Assembly: GCA_947452675.1 (NCBI GenBank)
Contig: CANGDL010000006.1
Location: forward strand, 9,886-73,885
Length of the DNA: 64,000 nt
Direction of reading: 5' to 3'
DNA from: Microbacteriaceae bacterium
Lineage (GTDB): Bacteria; Actinomycetota; Actinomycetes; Actinomycetales; Microbacteriaceae
Of this stretch, positions 1 to 9,615 are shown piece after piece. Numbering within the stretch: the first letter of the stretch is position 1; every line of letters starts with the position of its first letter. The position numbers and the translations under genes were made by a program. The notes beneath the pieces are model-generated. The model was not told the DNA's origin. It ran no database searches and saw nothing but the letters and a program-made list of their open reading frames with translations.

Positions 1-1034
1 CCAGAAATTGGACGGTTTGGCGCCGATGTGTCTGGGTAACCCTCGCTGGCAAGCACCACGGTGATTGCAACATCCTTGGTGAAGTCAGGTGTGGTGGTGC
101 CATTTAGCTGGCCGGTAGCCGCCTTATAAAGCAACCCGCTGAGCGAACTGGTTAGGCGACGAAGCACAACCTGAGTTTCCGGGTCACCGAAGCGCGCGTT
201 GAATTCGATTACACGGATGCCTCGATCGGTCAAAATCAGGCCACAGTAGAGCAGGCCGACGAACGGGGTGCCAAGCTTCGCCATCTCGTCGACGGTTGGC
301 TGGGCAACATCGCGCTGCACTTCTTCGACAAAGCCTTCTGGCAACCAAGGAAGTGGGCTGTATGCGCCCATGCCACCGGTGTTCGGGCCTTCGTCATTGT
401 CATAGGCGCGCTTGAAGTCTTGTGCCGGGGTCAATGGAACCACGGTCTTGCCATCGGCAAGGAAGAACAAACTAACCTCTTGGCCCGCCAAAAATTCTTC
501 AACCAGAATGCCGATGTCCATGAACTTCTCGGCGTGTGCCAAAGCCGCTTCGCGGTCGTTGGTGACAATAACGCCCTTGCCGGCAGCCAGCCCGTCGGCC
601 TTGATAACGTATGGGGCACCGAACTCATCCATGGCGTCAGCGACTTCGTCGATGGTCGAGCATTCGCGAGCCATCCCCGTAGGCACACCAGCGGCTGCCA
701 TAACTTCTTTCGCGAAAGACTTTGAGCCCTCGAGTTGGGCTGCGGCCTGACTCGGGCCGAAAACTGCGATTCCCTCTGAACGAAGCGCATCTGAAACACC
801 GGCAACAAGCGGTGCTTCTGGGCCAATGATGGTCAGCTCGGTGCCGTGTTGAAGGGCAAACTTGGTGACCTCGAGTGGGTCGTTTGGGTTGAGTGAAGGC
901 TCGGTGTGTGCGTCAAGGGAGATGCCGGCGTTGCCTGGGGCGACGATTAGGTCATCCTTGGCCGTGCCGGTGCGCAGAAGCGCCTTAACAATTGCGTGCT
1001 CGCGGGCGCCTGCGCCCAAAACTAGAATCTTCAC
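1..1034 (-). CDS. purD: Phosphoribosylamine--glycine ligase (3' end runs off window)
   Basis: Manual translation from GTG at 1034: MKILVLGAGAREHAI, PGNAG, GPEAPLVAG, LEGSK, KADGLAAGKGV, QDFKR, GPNTGGMGAY, EFNARFGDPETQ. Confidence 0.95.
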   Translation of the reverse strand, partial: MKILVLGAGAREHAIVKALLRTGTAKDDLIVAPGNAGISLDAHTEPSLNPNDPLEVTKFALQHGTELTIIGPEAPLVAGVSDALRSEGIAVFGPSQAAAQLEGSKSFAKEVMAAAGVPTGMARECSTIDEVADAMDEFGAPYVIKADGLAAGKGVIVTNDREAALAHAEKFMDIGILVEEFLAGQEVSLFFLADGKTVVPLTPAQDFKRAYDNDEGPNTGGMGAYSPLPWLPEGFVEEVQRDVAQPTVDEMAKLGTPFVGLLYCGLILTDRGIRVIEFNARFGDPETQVVLRRLTSSLSGLLYKAATGQLNGTTTPDFTKDVAITVVLASEGYPDTSAPNRPIS

Positions 1035-1075
1035 CCGTCAAGTTTACCCGAGGTCGGGTGTGACAAACTTGGCTC

Positions 1076-2182
1076 ATGCTATTGATCGCTCTGGTGCTGG
1101 CTGCCGGCCTGTTGGGCCCGTTGCTTTCAATTTCGAAGCGTTTCGGAATCCCTGTGGCAATAGGCGAGATTCTCGTCGGGGTGGTCATCGGTGCCTCGGG
1201 GTTTCATTGGGTGGATGCCCATGACGCGACGATCAAGCTTCTGTCGCAAATCGGTTTCGCATTGGTGATGATGTGGAGCGCGAGCCACATTAACGTTCGT
1301 GAAGTTTTTGCCAGCAAGGTTCTTGGCATGGCGTTGCGAAACGTGGGAATTTCGTTAGTGCCGGCCGTTCTTGCCGCTTACCTTATCGGTTCATTCACGG
1401 GCTTTGCGTTGGCGCCAATGTTCGCGGTCATCATGGTTTCAAGCTCGGCTGCGCTACTGCTTCCAGCATTTGCTGGCACCGCGCAGTCAGAGAAATTTGC
1501 AGTCTTCACCACTCAGGTTGCCATCGCTGATTTGCTTAGCATTGTTGCTCTGCCCCTTTCCATCAAGGGCGCAAACTTCGTCTCAGTTCTAATCGGTGCG
1601 GTGGTTGTTTCGGCCATCGCATACGTTATTTATCGTCTGCTCAAACTGCTCTCAGCCGATGGCAAATGGGACGAAGCGCGAGAGGTCTCGAAGCGCCGCG
1701 GATTCGGGCTTGAGCTTCGGCTTAGCCTCATCATTTTGCTCTCGCTCGCCGGCTTGGCCCAGTGGTTTGGCGTGACCATCATGATTGCAGGTTTTGCTTT
1801 TGGTCTGGCGATTGCCGCGAACGGACTTCACCACCGGCTCGACCGTCAAATTTTTGCGGTCACCGAAGGCTTCTTTGCGCCATTGTTTTTTGTGGTGCTC
1901 GGTGCGCAGATCGACATCCGTGCATTGGTCAGTGACCCAAACCTTTTGCTTCTCGCGGCCGCGTTATTCGCAGGCGCTCTGGTAACTCACCTAAGCGGAG
2001 TCCTGTTTAAACTGCCGGCAAAATTCGCCCTGGCGTCCGCAGCTCAGTTGGGCGTGCCAACCGCCGCGATTGCAATCGGCCAGCAAACCGGAGTGCTGTC
2101 GGCGGGTCAGGCCGCGGCTATTATGCTTGCCGCTCTGCTCACCATCGGTGTGACGCTAGTGACCCGTCGCCAGGTTGATTAG
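1076..2182 (+). CDS. Cation:proton antiporter (CPA2/Kef-type membrane domain)
   Basis: 368 aa, many TM segments, IPVAIGEILVGVVIG and FFAPLFFVVLGAQID motifs. Confidence 0.8.
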   Translation: MLLIALVLAAGLLGPLLSISKRFGIPVAIGEILVGVVIGASGFHWVDAHDATIKLLSQIGFALVMMWSASHINVREVFASKVLGMALRNVGISLVPAVLAAYLIGSFTGFALAPMFAVIMVSSSAALLLPAFAGTAQSEKFAVFTTQVAIADLLSIVALPLSIKGANFVSVLIGAVVVSAIAYVIYRLLKLLSADGKWDEAREVSKRRGFGLELRLSLIILLSLAGLAQWFGVTIMIAGFAFGLAIAANGLHHRLDRQIFAVTEGFFAPLFFVVLGAQIDIRALVSDPNLLLLAAALFAGALVTHLSGVLFKLPAKFALASAAQLGVPTAAIAIGQQTGVLSAGQAAAIMLAALLTIGVTLVTRRQVD

Positions 2183-2797
2183 CAGCCAAATCGAAACCCC
2201 GAGAATCATGCATCCGCCAACAAGCACTATGGTTTGAAGTCGCTTCGGTTCGCTGAGAATCCAATCGCGAACGGCGGCGGCGGCAATCACATAAATGGCG
2301 TCGCTGAGCACGCCGACCACTTCGAAAATCATGCCGAGCAGCAAGAACTGAATGACAAAATTTCCGGCCGGGTTAATGAACTGTGGCAGCACGGCGGTGA
2401 AGAAAACCGCGGTTTTCGGGTTGCTTAGACCGACAAAAAAACCTTCACGAAAAATTTGACCGAGCGGTTTTTTAGTGTCGCTTGATTTCATGATATTGGC
2501 ATGCTGTTTGCTCGCCCCGCGAACGGTTTTAAAGCCGAGATAACCCAAATAAAGCACGCCGCCGACCTTGATAACGTCAAGCAACCAGGGCAGTGCCGTG
2601 ACCAAGCCATACAAGCCAAATGCGGTGCCGACCACCCACACGCTCGTGCCCATCGCGTTGGCGACCACGGTGACCAACCCGGATGAACGACCAAGTGCGA
2701 GTGTTCTACCAATGGCGAAGACAACGCTAGGGCCGGGAATCAAGATGATCACCAAGGCGGTGATCATGAACGTGATCATGGCGGCGAGAGTTGGCAT
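2156..2797 (-). CDS. LysE/RhtB family translocator
   Basis: IPGP N-terminal motif, GxxYLxYLG, F.EGF.V.LSNPK.AVFF.AVLPQF. Confidence 0.9.
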   Translation of the reverse strand: MPTLAAMITFMITALVIILIPGPSVVFAIGRTLALGRSSGLVTVVANAMGTSVWVVGTAFGLYGLVTALPWLLDVIKVGGVLYLGYLGFKTVRGASKQHANIMKSSDTKKPLGQIFREGFFVGLSNPKTAVFFTAVLPQFINPAGNFVIQFLLLGMIFEVVGVLSDAIYVIAAAAVRDWILSEPKRLQTIVLVGGCMILGVSIWLLINLATGH

Positions 2798-2833
2798 GCG
2801 TTCAGTTTAGAGTCGCCGTGAGAAAGTAGACCT

Positions 2834-3205
2834 ATGGCTAGACGCAGAATCAAGGCAGATGTTGGGTGGGCCGCGGTGCGCGCGGTGCAGAGCGCACCAG
2901 ATTCTGTCGCAGCCGACCTAGCCACCGCCGTGCGTTTCTTGCTAGAAGAACTGGCCGAGGTTGCCCCGGGTAACTCGGTTGAGGTTCGAGTGCCACCCCT
3001 TGGCGCAACTCAGTGCATCGAAGGCCCACGTCACACTAGAGGCACCCCGCCAAACGTAGTTGAGATGACGCCGGAAACTTGGTTCGCGGTTGCTACAGGC
3101 TCTGTTAACTGGAACGACGCGGTCGCCGCCGGCAAAGTTTCTGCCTCGGGCACCCGCGCCGATCTCGCAGAGGTTTTGCCCCTGCTGAACACTCCGCTTA
3201 CTTAA
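2834..3205 (+). CDS. Bacterial sterol-carrier (SCP-like) family protein
   Basis: [30 protein letters not shown] signature; usual neighbour of purF in Actinobacteria. Confidence 0.85.
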   Translation: MARRRIKADVGWAAVRAVQSAPDSVAADLATAVRFLLEELAEVAPGNSVEVRVPPLGATQCIEGPRHTRGTPPNVVEMTPETWFAVATGSVNWNDAVAAGKVSASGTRADLAEVLPLLNTPLT

Positions 3206-4058
3206 CTAGTGCGCCAGCATCCTTGCGCTTTAGCGGCACTGAAACCTTGGTTGCTGAAGACTTTGCAGGCTTGCGGTTGAAGAGCCAAACCGCGAAGGTC
3301 ACGTATGCCACCCATGTGATGGCAGAGAGCCAGCTGGTCTGGGCGTTGAAGTTAAAGATTCCCTTGGCAAGTGCGCCGAACCAACTGTCTTCAGAGATGG
3401 TCGCCGAAAGGTCAAAGGCGGTGCCTAGGTTTACGGGGAGGATGCCCGCCGCCGCGAGGTCGCTAAACCCGTATGACAGGACTCCGGCCGCAACCAGAAT
3501 CAAGAAGTAGCTGGTCACGGTGAAGAAGCGACGCATGTTGATTTTGATTGCGCGTCGGTAGAGCAAGAACCCGAGGCCGGCTGAAATCAGGATGCCAAGT
3601 GTGAAGCCGATTACCGGGCCAATGGTGGAGCCAGCAGCTTGCACTGCGGTGAAAAAGAAGAAGGTCGTTTCGATGCCTTCGCGGGCCACAGATGCGAAGG
3701 CCATAACCGATATGGCGAGTGCGCCACCGACGATTGCGTTTTCAAGCTTGCCTTCGAGTTCAGCGTTCATCTTTTTGCCAGCGTTGCGCATCCAGACGAT
3801 CATCCAGGTAACTAGGGCAACGGCCAAGACCGACATTGAACCAGCGAAAATTTCCTCGGCGTGAGGGGTCAAAGAGACCGTGGTGTAGGTGAGCAGGGCT
3901 CCTAGGACGAAGCTAACCGCAATCGCTGAAAATACGCCAAGCCAGACAAATTTGATGCTTTTGTTTCGGTTGGTTCGAACCAAATACGTGATCAGGATGC
4001 TCACGACGAGCGCGGCCTCAAGGCCTTCGCGCAAACCGATCAATAGGTTGGAGATCAA
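3198..4058 (-). CDS. efeU: FTR1/EfeU-type iron permease
   Basis: Two RExxE motifs (LREGLE, AREGIE), about 7 TM; DtxR/IdeR box upstream. Confidence 0.85.
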   Translation of the reverse strand: MISNLLIGLREGLEAALVVSILITYLVRTNRNKSIKFVWLGVFSAIAVSFVLGALLTYTTVSLTPHAEEIFAGSMSVLAVALVTWMIVWMRNAGKKMNAELEGKLENAIVGGALAISVMAFASVAREGIETTFFFFTAVQAAGSTIGPVIGFTLGILISAGLGFLLYRRAIKINMRRFFTVTSYFLILVAAGVLSYGFSDLAAAGILPVNLGTAFDLSATISEDSWFGALAKGIFNFNAQTSWLSAITWVAYVTFAVWLFNRKPAKSSATKVSVPLKRKDAGALVK

Positions 4059-4098
4059 TTCTCATCTTTCGTTGGGCCAGTATTCTCTGGCTTAGTAG

Positions 4099-4117
4099 CA
4101 AGGTTAGGCTACCCTAA
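4099..4117. promoter_or_regulatory. DtxR/IdeR iron box
   Basis: CAAGGTTAGGCTACCCTAA matches consensus TTAGGTTAGGCTAACCTAA at 16/19; 40 bp upstream of the FTR1 start. Confidence 0.8.
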
Positions 4118-4163
4118 CTAACTCGAACGTGTCAACGATTATTTCCGCCGGTGAGGCTCATGA

Positions 4164-4949
4164 TCAGGGTTTGATCTCATCCTTTTTGGTGACGCTAAGA
4201 AACGCAACCGAGAACAAAATCAGAGTCAAGAATATGTAGCTTGTGTTGTTTGGGCCCAGGCCCAGGCCGCCATCCGTGTGAGACTGCGAAAGCAAGTCGC
4301 CTAGTGAGGCGCCGAGCGGCCGGGTCAAGATGTAGCAAATCCAAAAGCCAGTGACTTCGCTGACGAGACCGCGCTTCCAAAGCACTGCAACGATTGCGAT
4401 TCCCCCGGCAAAGATTGCTAACGAAACAGCAAAACCAAGGTTGAACGATTCGGCAAACTGATCGCCCGCCGAGGTGCCGAGAGCAAACGTAAACAAAATG
4501 GCTAACCAATAAAATGCCTCACGTTTGCGCGTCTTAATCGACTTCATTGCCAGGGTTCGCTCACTGCGATACCAAATGGCAAAAATCGCGATAAGTGCGA
4601 CACCGAAAACCAGGGTGGTGACCCAAAGCTCGATGCCAAGACCGTCGTGAAGGTTATCGGTGATCAACGTGCCAGCAACCGAAATGAGCACAATGGTCAA
4701 CCAATAAACCACGGGGATGTATTTTCGAACCGCAAACTGAATAATCAGCATGATCACTAGGGCCGAGCCCATGATTGCCGAGATCACTTGCAACCCCTGA
4801 GCATCAGTTAGTCCCCATGCATCAGCCAATGTGCCATTAAGAAAATCGGCAAAAGTTTCGCCCACGGTGGTAGCTAGGACCTTGATGATCCAAAAGAATG
4901 CTGTGATGGCCGGAACTTTGACCAAAAGAGATTTGCGCAGAGAAGTCAT
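4164..4949 (-). CDS. COG4705/DUF347 repeat membrane protein
   Basis: KVPAIT.FFWIIKVLATTVGET, REAFYW..ILFTFALGT..GD, YILTRPLGAS.GD; start moved to ATG 4949. Confidence 0.85.
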   Translation of the reverse strand: MTSLRKSLLVKVPAITAFFWIIKVLATTVGETFADFLNGTLADAWGLTDAQGLQVISAIMGSALVIMLIIQFAVRKYIPVVYWLTIVLISVAGTLITDNLHDGLGIELWVTTLVFGVALIAIFAIWYRSERTLAMKSIKTRKREAFYWLAILFTFALGTSAGDQFAESFNLGFAVSLAIFAGGIAIVAVLWKRGLVSEVTGFWICYILTRPLGASLGDLLSQSHTDGGLGLGPNNTSYIFLTLILFSVAFLSVTKKDEIKP

Positions 4950-4970
4950 GCAAGCATTCTTGTCACCGAC

Positions 4971-4989
4971 CCTGTGAGACGCCTGTGAG
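4971..4989 (-). promoter_or_regulatory. OmpR/PhoP-family direct-repeat box (CTCACAGG x2, 11-bp period)
   Basis: CCTGTGAG at 4971-4978 and 4982-4989, 22-40 bp upstream of the COG4705 start. Confidence 0.5.
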
Positions 4990-5028
4990 CTTGAAATAGC
5001 TGTGAAGTAAATCGTGTTCAATTGCTTT

Positions 5029-5307
5029 ATGGCTAAAACCACTTTGAAGACTGAGCAAGTCACCATTCGACGATCACCAAAGTTCCTACCGTTTCTTTTG
5101 ACCGGTGGAATCCTGGGTCTTGTGGTGGCATTCCTCCTGAACGCGAGCATCGCCCCTGAGGCGCGAAGTGCGGCACCCATCCTGGGTTATTTGGTTGCCT
5201 TTTCGGTGGCGATCGGTGCCGGCCTCGGAGTCACTGCCGCCGTGATTCTAGACCGAATTGGAACCGCTAGGTCGAAGACCCTAGAGGCCACTAAACTAGA
5301 GGGGTAA
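5029..5307 (+). CDS. Small 2-TM hypothetical membrane protein upstream of purF
   Basis: VTIRRSPKF..F...G..LG motif and two hydrophobic helices; typical purF neighbour in Micrococcales. Confidence 0.7.
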   Translation: MAKTTLKTEQVTIRRSPKFLPFLLTGGILGLVVAFLLNASIAPEARSAAPILGYLVAFSVAIGAGLGVTAAVILDRIGTARSKTLEATKLEG

Positions 5308-5358
5308 CAGCCTGAGAAAACCGGGTTACGCCCCACCTCTAAATGACAGGAAACTGCC

Positions 5359-6939
5359 TTGCTTCGTGGCGACGGAAAACTAAATCTTGACATCGCCGTA
5401 AGCGATGACGACAAAGCTCCTCAAGACCAGTGCGGCGTATTCGGCGTATGGGCACCAGGTGAAGAAGTAGCCAAGCTAGCCTTCTTCGGCCTCTATTCAC
5501 TTCAGCACCGCGGCCAAGAATCGGCCGGCATTGCCACCTCTGATGGCAAAAAAATCTTGGTCTACAAAGACATGGGTTTGGTTTCGCAGGTCTTCTCTGA
5601 GTCGGCCCTAGAAAGCCTGGTTGGTCACATCGCGGTGGGCCACAACCGCTACTCAACCACCGGGGCCTCACACTGGCGCAACGCCCAGCCAACCCTTGGC
5701 CGCACCTCAGCTGGCACTGTGGCCCTCGCACACAACGGCAACCTGACCAACACCGCCGACCTGCTTGACCTACTAAAGGCTCGCTACCCTAACCAGGGCA
5801 CTAACGAGATCACCGGCGGCAACACCACCGACACCGCAGTGCTCACCGCGCTGATGGCCGGCGACCAAGACCACTCGCTCGAGGCAACCGCGCTCGAGTT
5901 GCTGCCGAAGGTTAAGGGCGCTTTCTGCCTCGTCTTCATGGATGAGCAGACCCTCTATGCTGCACGTGACCCACAGGGTGTTCGCCCTCTCGTTCTAGGT
6001 CGCCTAGAACGCGGTTGGGTAGTTGCTTCTGAAACAGCTGCCCTCGACATTGTTGGCGCATCTTTGGTTCGCGAAGTTGAGCCTGGCGAGCTTATTGCAA
6101 TCGATGAGAACGGCCTTCGGTCAACCAGATTCGCAGAAACCAAACGTGCCGGTTGTGTGTTCGAGTATGTCTATCTGGCTCGCCCAGACACCTCAATCAA
6201 CGGCAAGAACGTTTATGAAGCCCGCGTTGAAATGGGCCGCCAGTTGGCTCGCGAATATCCGGTCGAAGCCGACCTGGTTATCCCAACCCCAGAATCTGGA
6301 ACCCCTGCTGCCATCGGTTTTTCTGAGCAATCGGGGATTCCGTTTGGTCACGGTTTAGTCAAAAATGCCTACGTTGGCCGCACCTTTATTCAGCCTTCAC
6401 AGACCATTCGCCAGCGAGGCATTCGTCTCAAGTTGAACCCGCTGCGCGAGGTCATCCGAGGCAAGCGCATCATCGTGATTGATGACTCAATTGTTCGCGG
6501 CAACACCCAGCGCGCACTTGTGCAGATGCTGCGCGAAGCCGGAGCGGCCGAGATTCACGTGCGCATTTCATCGCCACCGATCACCTGGCCTTGCTTCTAT
6601 GGCATCGACTTTGCAACCCGCGCCGAGCTAATCGCAACCGGCCTCGGTGTTGAAGATGTGCGCACCTCAATCGGCGCAGACAGCCTTGGCTATTTGACCA
6701 AGGATGGCATGATTGCCGCCACTGGTCAGGAAGAAAAGAAGCTTTGCACCGCTTGCTTCACCGGCAAGTATCCGATCGAGTTGCCGCTTTCTGAACGCCT
6801 TGGCAAGAACTTGCTAGAGCGCCCAGCCGGCAGCCCATCTGATGACACCGCCGACCCAGCGGCCTGCAACCCTGGCCCAGATTCTGAACTCGACGCACTC
6901 GTGCGCGATGCTTCGCAGCAGGAGACTTTGAATGACTAA
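5359..6939 (+). CDS. purF: Amidophosphoribosyltransferase
   Basis: Propeptide then CGVFG nucleophile, LQHRGQESAG, GHNRYST, PRPP motif IDDSIVRGNT, Fe-S Cys (PCFYG, LCTAC). Confidence 0.98.
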   Translation: MLRGDGKLNLDIAVSDDDKAPQDQCGVFGVWAPGEEVAKLAFFGLYSLQHRGQESAGIATSDGKKILVYKDMGLVSQVFSESALESLVGHIAVGHNRYSTTGASHWRNAQPTLGRTSAGTVALAHNGNLTNTADLLDLLKARYPNQGTNEITGGNTTDTAVLTALMAGDQDHSLEATALELLPKVKGAFCLVFMDEQTLYAARDPQGVRPLVLGRLERGWVVASETAALDIVGASLVREVEPGELIAIDENGLRSTRFAETKRAGCVFEYVYLARPDTSINGKNVYEARVEMGRQLAREYPVEADLVIPTPESGTPAAIGFSEQSGIPFGHGLVKNAYVGRTFIQPSQTIRQRGIRLKLNPLREVIRGKRIIVIDDSIVRGNTQRALVQMLREAGAAEIHVRISSPPITWPCFYGIDFATRAELIATGLGVEDVRTSIGADSLGYLTKDGMIAATGQEEKKLCTACFTGKYPIELPLSERLGKNLLERPAGSPSDDTADPAACNPGPDSELDALVRDASQQETLND

Positions 6940-8035
6940 CGCCTATGCCGCATCTGGTGTCGACACCGAAGCAGGCGACCTAGCCGTAGAGCTAATGAAG
7001 CGTGCCGTTGGCGCGACTCACAACCACCTAGTGATGGGCGGCCTCGGCGGCTTCGCCGGCATGATGGACGTCTCGTTCTTGAAGGCCTACGACCGCCCGC
7101 TTTTGGCGACTTCAACCGACGGTGTTGGCACCAAGGTTGCCATCGCCCAGGCAATCGATAAACACGACACCATCGGCCAAGACCTGGTCGGCATGGTTGT
7201 CGACGACATCGTCGTGGTTGGCGCGAAGTCACTTTTCATGACCGACTACATCGCTTGTGGCAAGGTAATCCCAGAGCGCATTGCCGACATCGTTCGCGGC
7301 ATCGCCGAGGCTTGTTCTTCAGTGGGCGTCGCGTTGGTCGGTGGCGAGACTGCCGAGCACCCTGGTCTGCTCGGTGTTGACGACTATGACGTTGCCGGCG
7401 CAGCGGTTGGTGTGGTTGACGCAGCCAAACTGCTTGGCCCACAGAACGTTCGCGTTGGCGACGTTGTGCTTGGCATGGCCTCATCGGGTCTGCACTCAAA
7501 CGGTTATTCTCTGGTTCGCAAGATTGTTCGCGATATGGGTTACTCATACACCGACCAGGTTCCTGAGTTCGCTGGCACCTCGCTCGGTGAAAAGCTGCTT
7601 GAGCCAACCGCGCTTTACACAGGTGTTTTGAACTCTTTGCTCGAAAGCGAGCTCGGTTCGGCTGTTCACGCCATGTCGCACATCACCGGTGGCGGCATCG
7701 CGGCGAACATCGCCCGTGTTCTGCCTCAGGGTGTTGCCCTTGACGTTCACCGTTCAACCTGGGCACCTCAGGAGGTCTTCAAGGTTCTGGCTGGCTGGGG
7801 CGGCTTCTCGCTCGAGTCTGTCGAAGGCACCTGGAACCTGGGATTAGGTCAGGCTGTCGTGGTTTCTGCCGAGAAGGCAGACGACGTTGCGCACACGCTC
7901 ACCAAGCTCGGTGTGCACACTTGGAACCTTGGCGAAATCCAGGATGCGCCTACCGGCGCGGCGCTTGCTGATTATGTTCAGGGCGCAAAGGGTGTCGACG
8001 GCGGCGCAGTTCGTCTCGTCGGCGAATACAAGTAA
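6932..8035 (+). CDS. purM: AIR synthetase (phosphoribosylformylglycinamidine cyclo-ligase)
   Basis: YAASGVD, STDGVGTK, GGETAEHPG, SSGLHSNGYSL, HITGGG. Confidence 0.98.
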   Translation: MTNAYAASGVDTEAGDLAVELMKRAVGATHNHLVMGGLGGFAGMMDVSFLKAYDRPLLATSTDGVGTKVAIAQAIDKHDTIGQDLVGMVVDDIVVVGAKSLFMTDYIACGKVIPERIADIVRGIAEACSSVGVALVGGETAEHPGLLGVDDYDVAGAAVGVVDAAKLLGPQNVRVGDVVLGMASSGLHSNGYSLVRKIVRDMGYSYTDQVPEFAGTSLGEKLLEPTALYTGVLNSLLESELGSAVHAMSHITGGGIAANIARVLPQGVALDVHRSTWAPQEVFKVLAGWGGFSLESVEGTWNLGLGQAVVVSAEKADDVAHTLTKLGVHTWNLGEIQDAPTGAALADYVQGAKGVDGGAVRLVGEYK

Positions 8036-8086
8036 TACGCTCAAATTAAATCGGGCCGCTTCGCGTAACTTGAGCCGCTACGTGGC

Positions 8087-8533
8087 TTATTTAGGCTGTG
8101 CCCAAATCTCGAGCTGGATCCCATCCGGGTCTCGCAAATATGCCCAACGTGAACCGGCTAAATCGCCATCGGTCAAAGTCACCGGGGGTGCGTTGAAGAC
8201 CGCTCCGCGCTCGATCAAGGTCGCATAGGCGGCACCCATGTCATCAATCTGTAGGCAGATGTGCGTGGCTCCGACGTCACCGTTCTTCAAGCCGAAGTCT
8301 TTGCCGCGCGGGTTGTGATATTCGAGGAACTCGATGCGGGTCGAGCCGATCTCGATCATCGAGAATGACAATTCTGTGCCTTCGACCTGCACTGCGTCAG
8401 AAAGTTCTTGTCCGTGCCCGTGATTCACCGGCCCAGGCTTCAAATCAAACATCTTTGAATACCACTCGAATGAGCGCTTCATATCGCGCACGGTGATTCC
8501 GATGTGGTGCACGCCTTCGACTTTGAATGACAT
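8087..8533 (-). CDS. VOC (glyoxalase/epimerase-like) family protein
   Basis: Metal-ligand pattern HHIG..IEFLEY..THIC..DPDGIQLE. Confidence 0.85.
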   Translation of the reverse strand: MSFKVEGVHHIGITVRDMKRSFEWYSKMFDLKPGPVNHGHGQELSDAVQVEGTELSFSMIEIGSTRIEFLEYHNPRGKDFGLKNGDVGATHICLQIDDMGAAYATLIERGAVFNAPPVTLTDGDLAGSRWAYLRDPDGIQLEIWAQPK

Positions 8534-8739
8534 GGGCTAAACCTTTCGGGCTTGTTTACACTCTCAGTCAACATTATGAAGATGGTGTTCAGGCTCGTCA
8601 ACCATAACGGTTTGAAAACGTTTGCCAACGAAATTTCCAGCGCCGACCGTCAAAACCCTGTAAACAAGCGGATATTGGGCTAGCCGGGCAAAAATATCGG
8701 GGAACAAATTCGATTTCATGTTGTTGATTGTGTTCAAAC

Positions 8740-8758
8740 TGTTCATCTAGACTAAACA
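8740..8758. promoter_or_regulatory. Island operator copy 1 (TGTTCATCTAGACTAAACA), overlapping a putative -10 of the SDR operon
   Basis: 18/19 identical to the reverse complement of 30174-30192; TTGATT(8724)-N18-TAGACT(8748) promoter-like arrangement. Confidence 0.65.
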
Positions 8759-8805
8759 CGCAACAAGAGGCCCAAAAACGGGCAATACCTGTCGAGGAGG
8801 ACACG

Positions 8806-9585
8806 GTGGCAGCGAGAATGACTGGCCGCACGGTGATTGTCACCGGTGGTGCTTCAGGTATCGGCGCAGGCATCGCGTCGGCCCTCGCTGGCGAAGGCGC
8901 CAACGTCGTAATCGCCGACCTCAACCTCGAAGCAGCGACTGCACAGGCAGCCAAAATCGCTGGTGCCGGCGGCAAGGCCATCGCCGCAAAAGTTGATGTC
9001 ACGAATCGCGAATCAGTCGTCGCTGGAATTGCACTCGCTGTCGAAACCTACGGCCAGCTCGACTGCTATTTCAACAACGCCGGTTTCAACAAACCACTCA
9101 AATTTCTAGACGTGACCGAAGAGAACTTCAATGCAATCATGAAGGTCAACGTCTGGGGTGTGCTCGTGGGCACCCAAGAAGCTGCCAAGCAGTTCATTAA
9201 GCAGGGAACCGGCGGCAAGGTGGTAAACACCGCATCTATCGCGGGCCGCACTGGCTACCCAAGCTTCGCGCCATACAGCGCATCCAAGGCTTCTGTGATT
9301 TCACTCACCCAAGCCGCCGCTCGCGCCCTTGCCGAACACAAGATCACCGTGAACGCATTCTCACCGGGCGTCGTTGCAACACCACTCTGGACGACCCTGG
9401 ACAAAGACCTGGAAGAAATTGGCGAAGGCGACTCGGGCTTCGACTCGATGTCCTCGGCCATCCTCCTTGGGCGCCCTGCCGAACCAAAAGACATCGCACC
9501 AACTGCCCTGTTCCTCGCAAGCAGCGACTCAGATTACATAACCGGCCAGACCATGGCAATCGACGGAGGAATGATCCTGGTCTAA
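8806..9585 (+). CDS. Classical SDR, acetoin/butanediol/polyol dehydrogenase-like
   Basis: TGGASGIG, NNAG, YSASK, PG.V.TPLW; GTG start after GAGGAGG RBS. Confidence 0.85.
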   Translation: MAARMTGRTVIVTGGASGIGAGIASALAGEGANVVIADLNLEAATAQAAKIAGAGGKAIAAKVDVTNRESVVAGIALAVETYGQLDCYFNNAGFNKPLKFLDVTEENFNAIMKVNVWGVLVGTQEAAKQFIKQGTGGKVVNTASIAGRTGYPSFAPYSASKASVISLTQAAARALAEHKITVNAFSPGVVATPLWTTLDKDLEEIGEGDSGFDSMSSAILLGRPAEPKDIAPTALFLASSDSDYITGQTMAIDGGMILV

Positions 9586-9615
9586 CCAGGTGATTTCTAA
9601 ATAGGAAGGCACATC

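Noticed and set aside
4950-5180. N-terminal extensions in the ORF track (e.g. 5180, 8728, 22806, 34623, 34730, 37007)
   Set aside because: They overlap neighbouring genes or operators; downstream starts have a better RBS or match family N-termini
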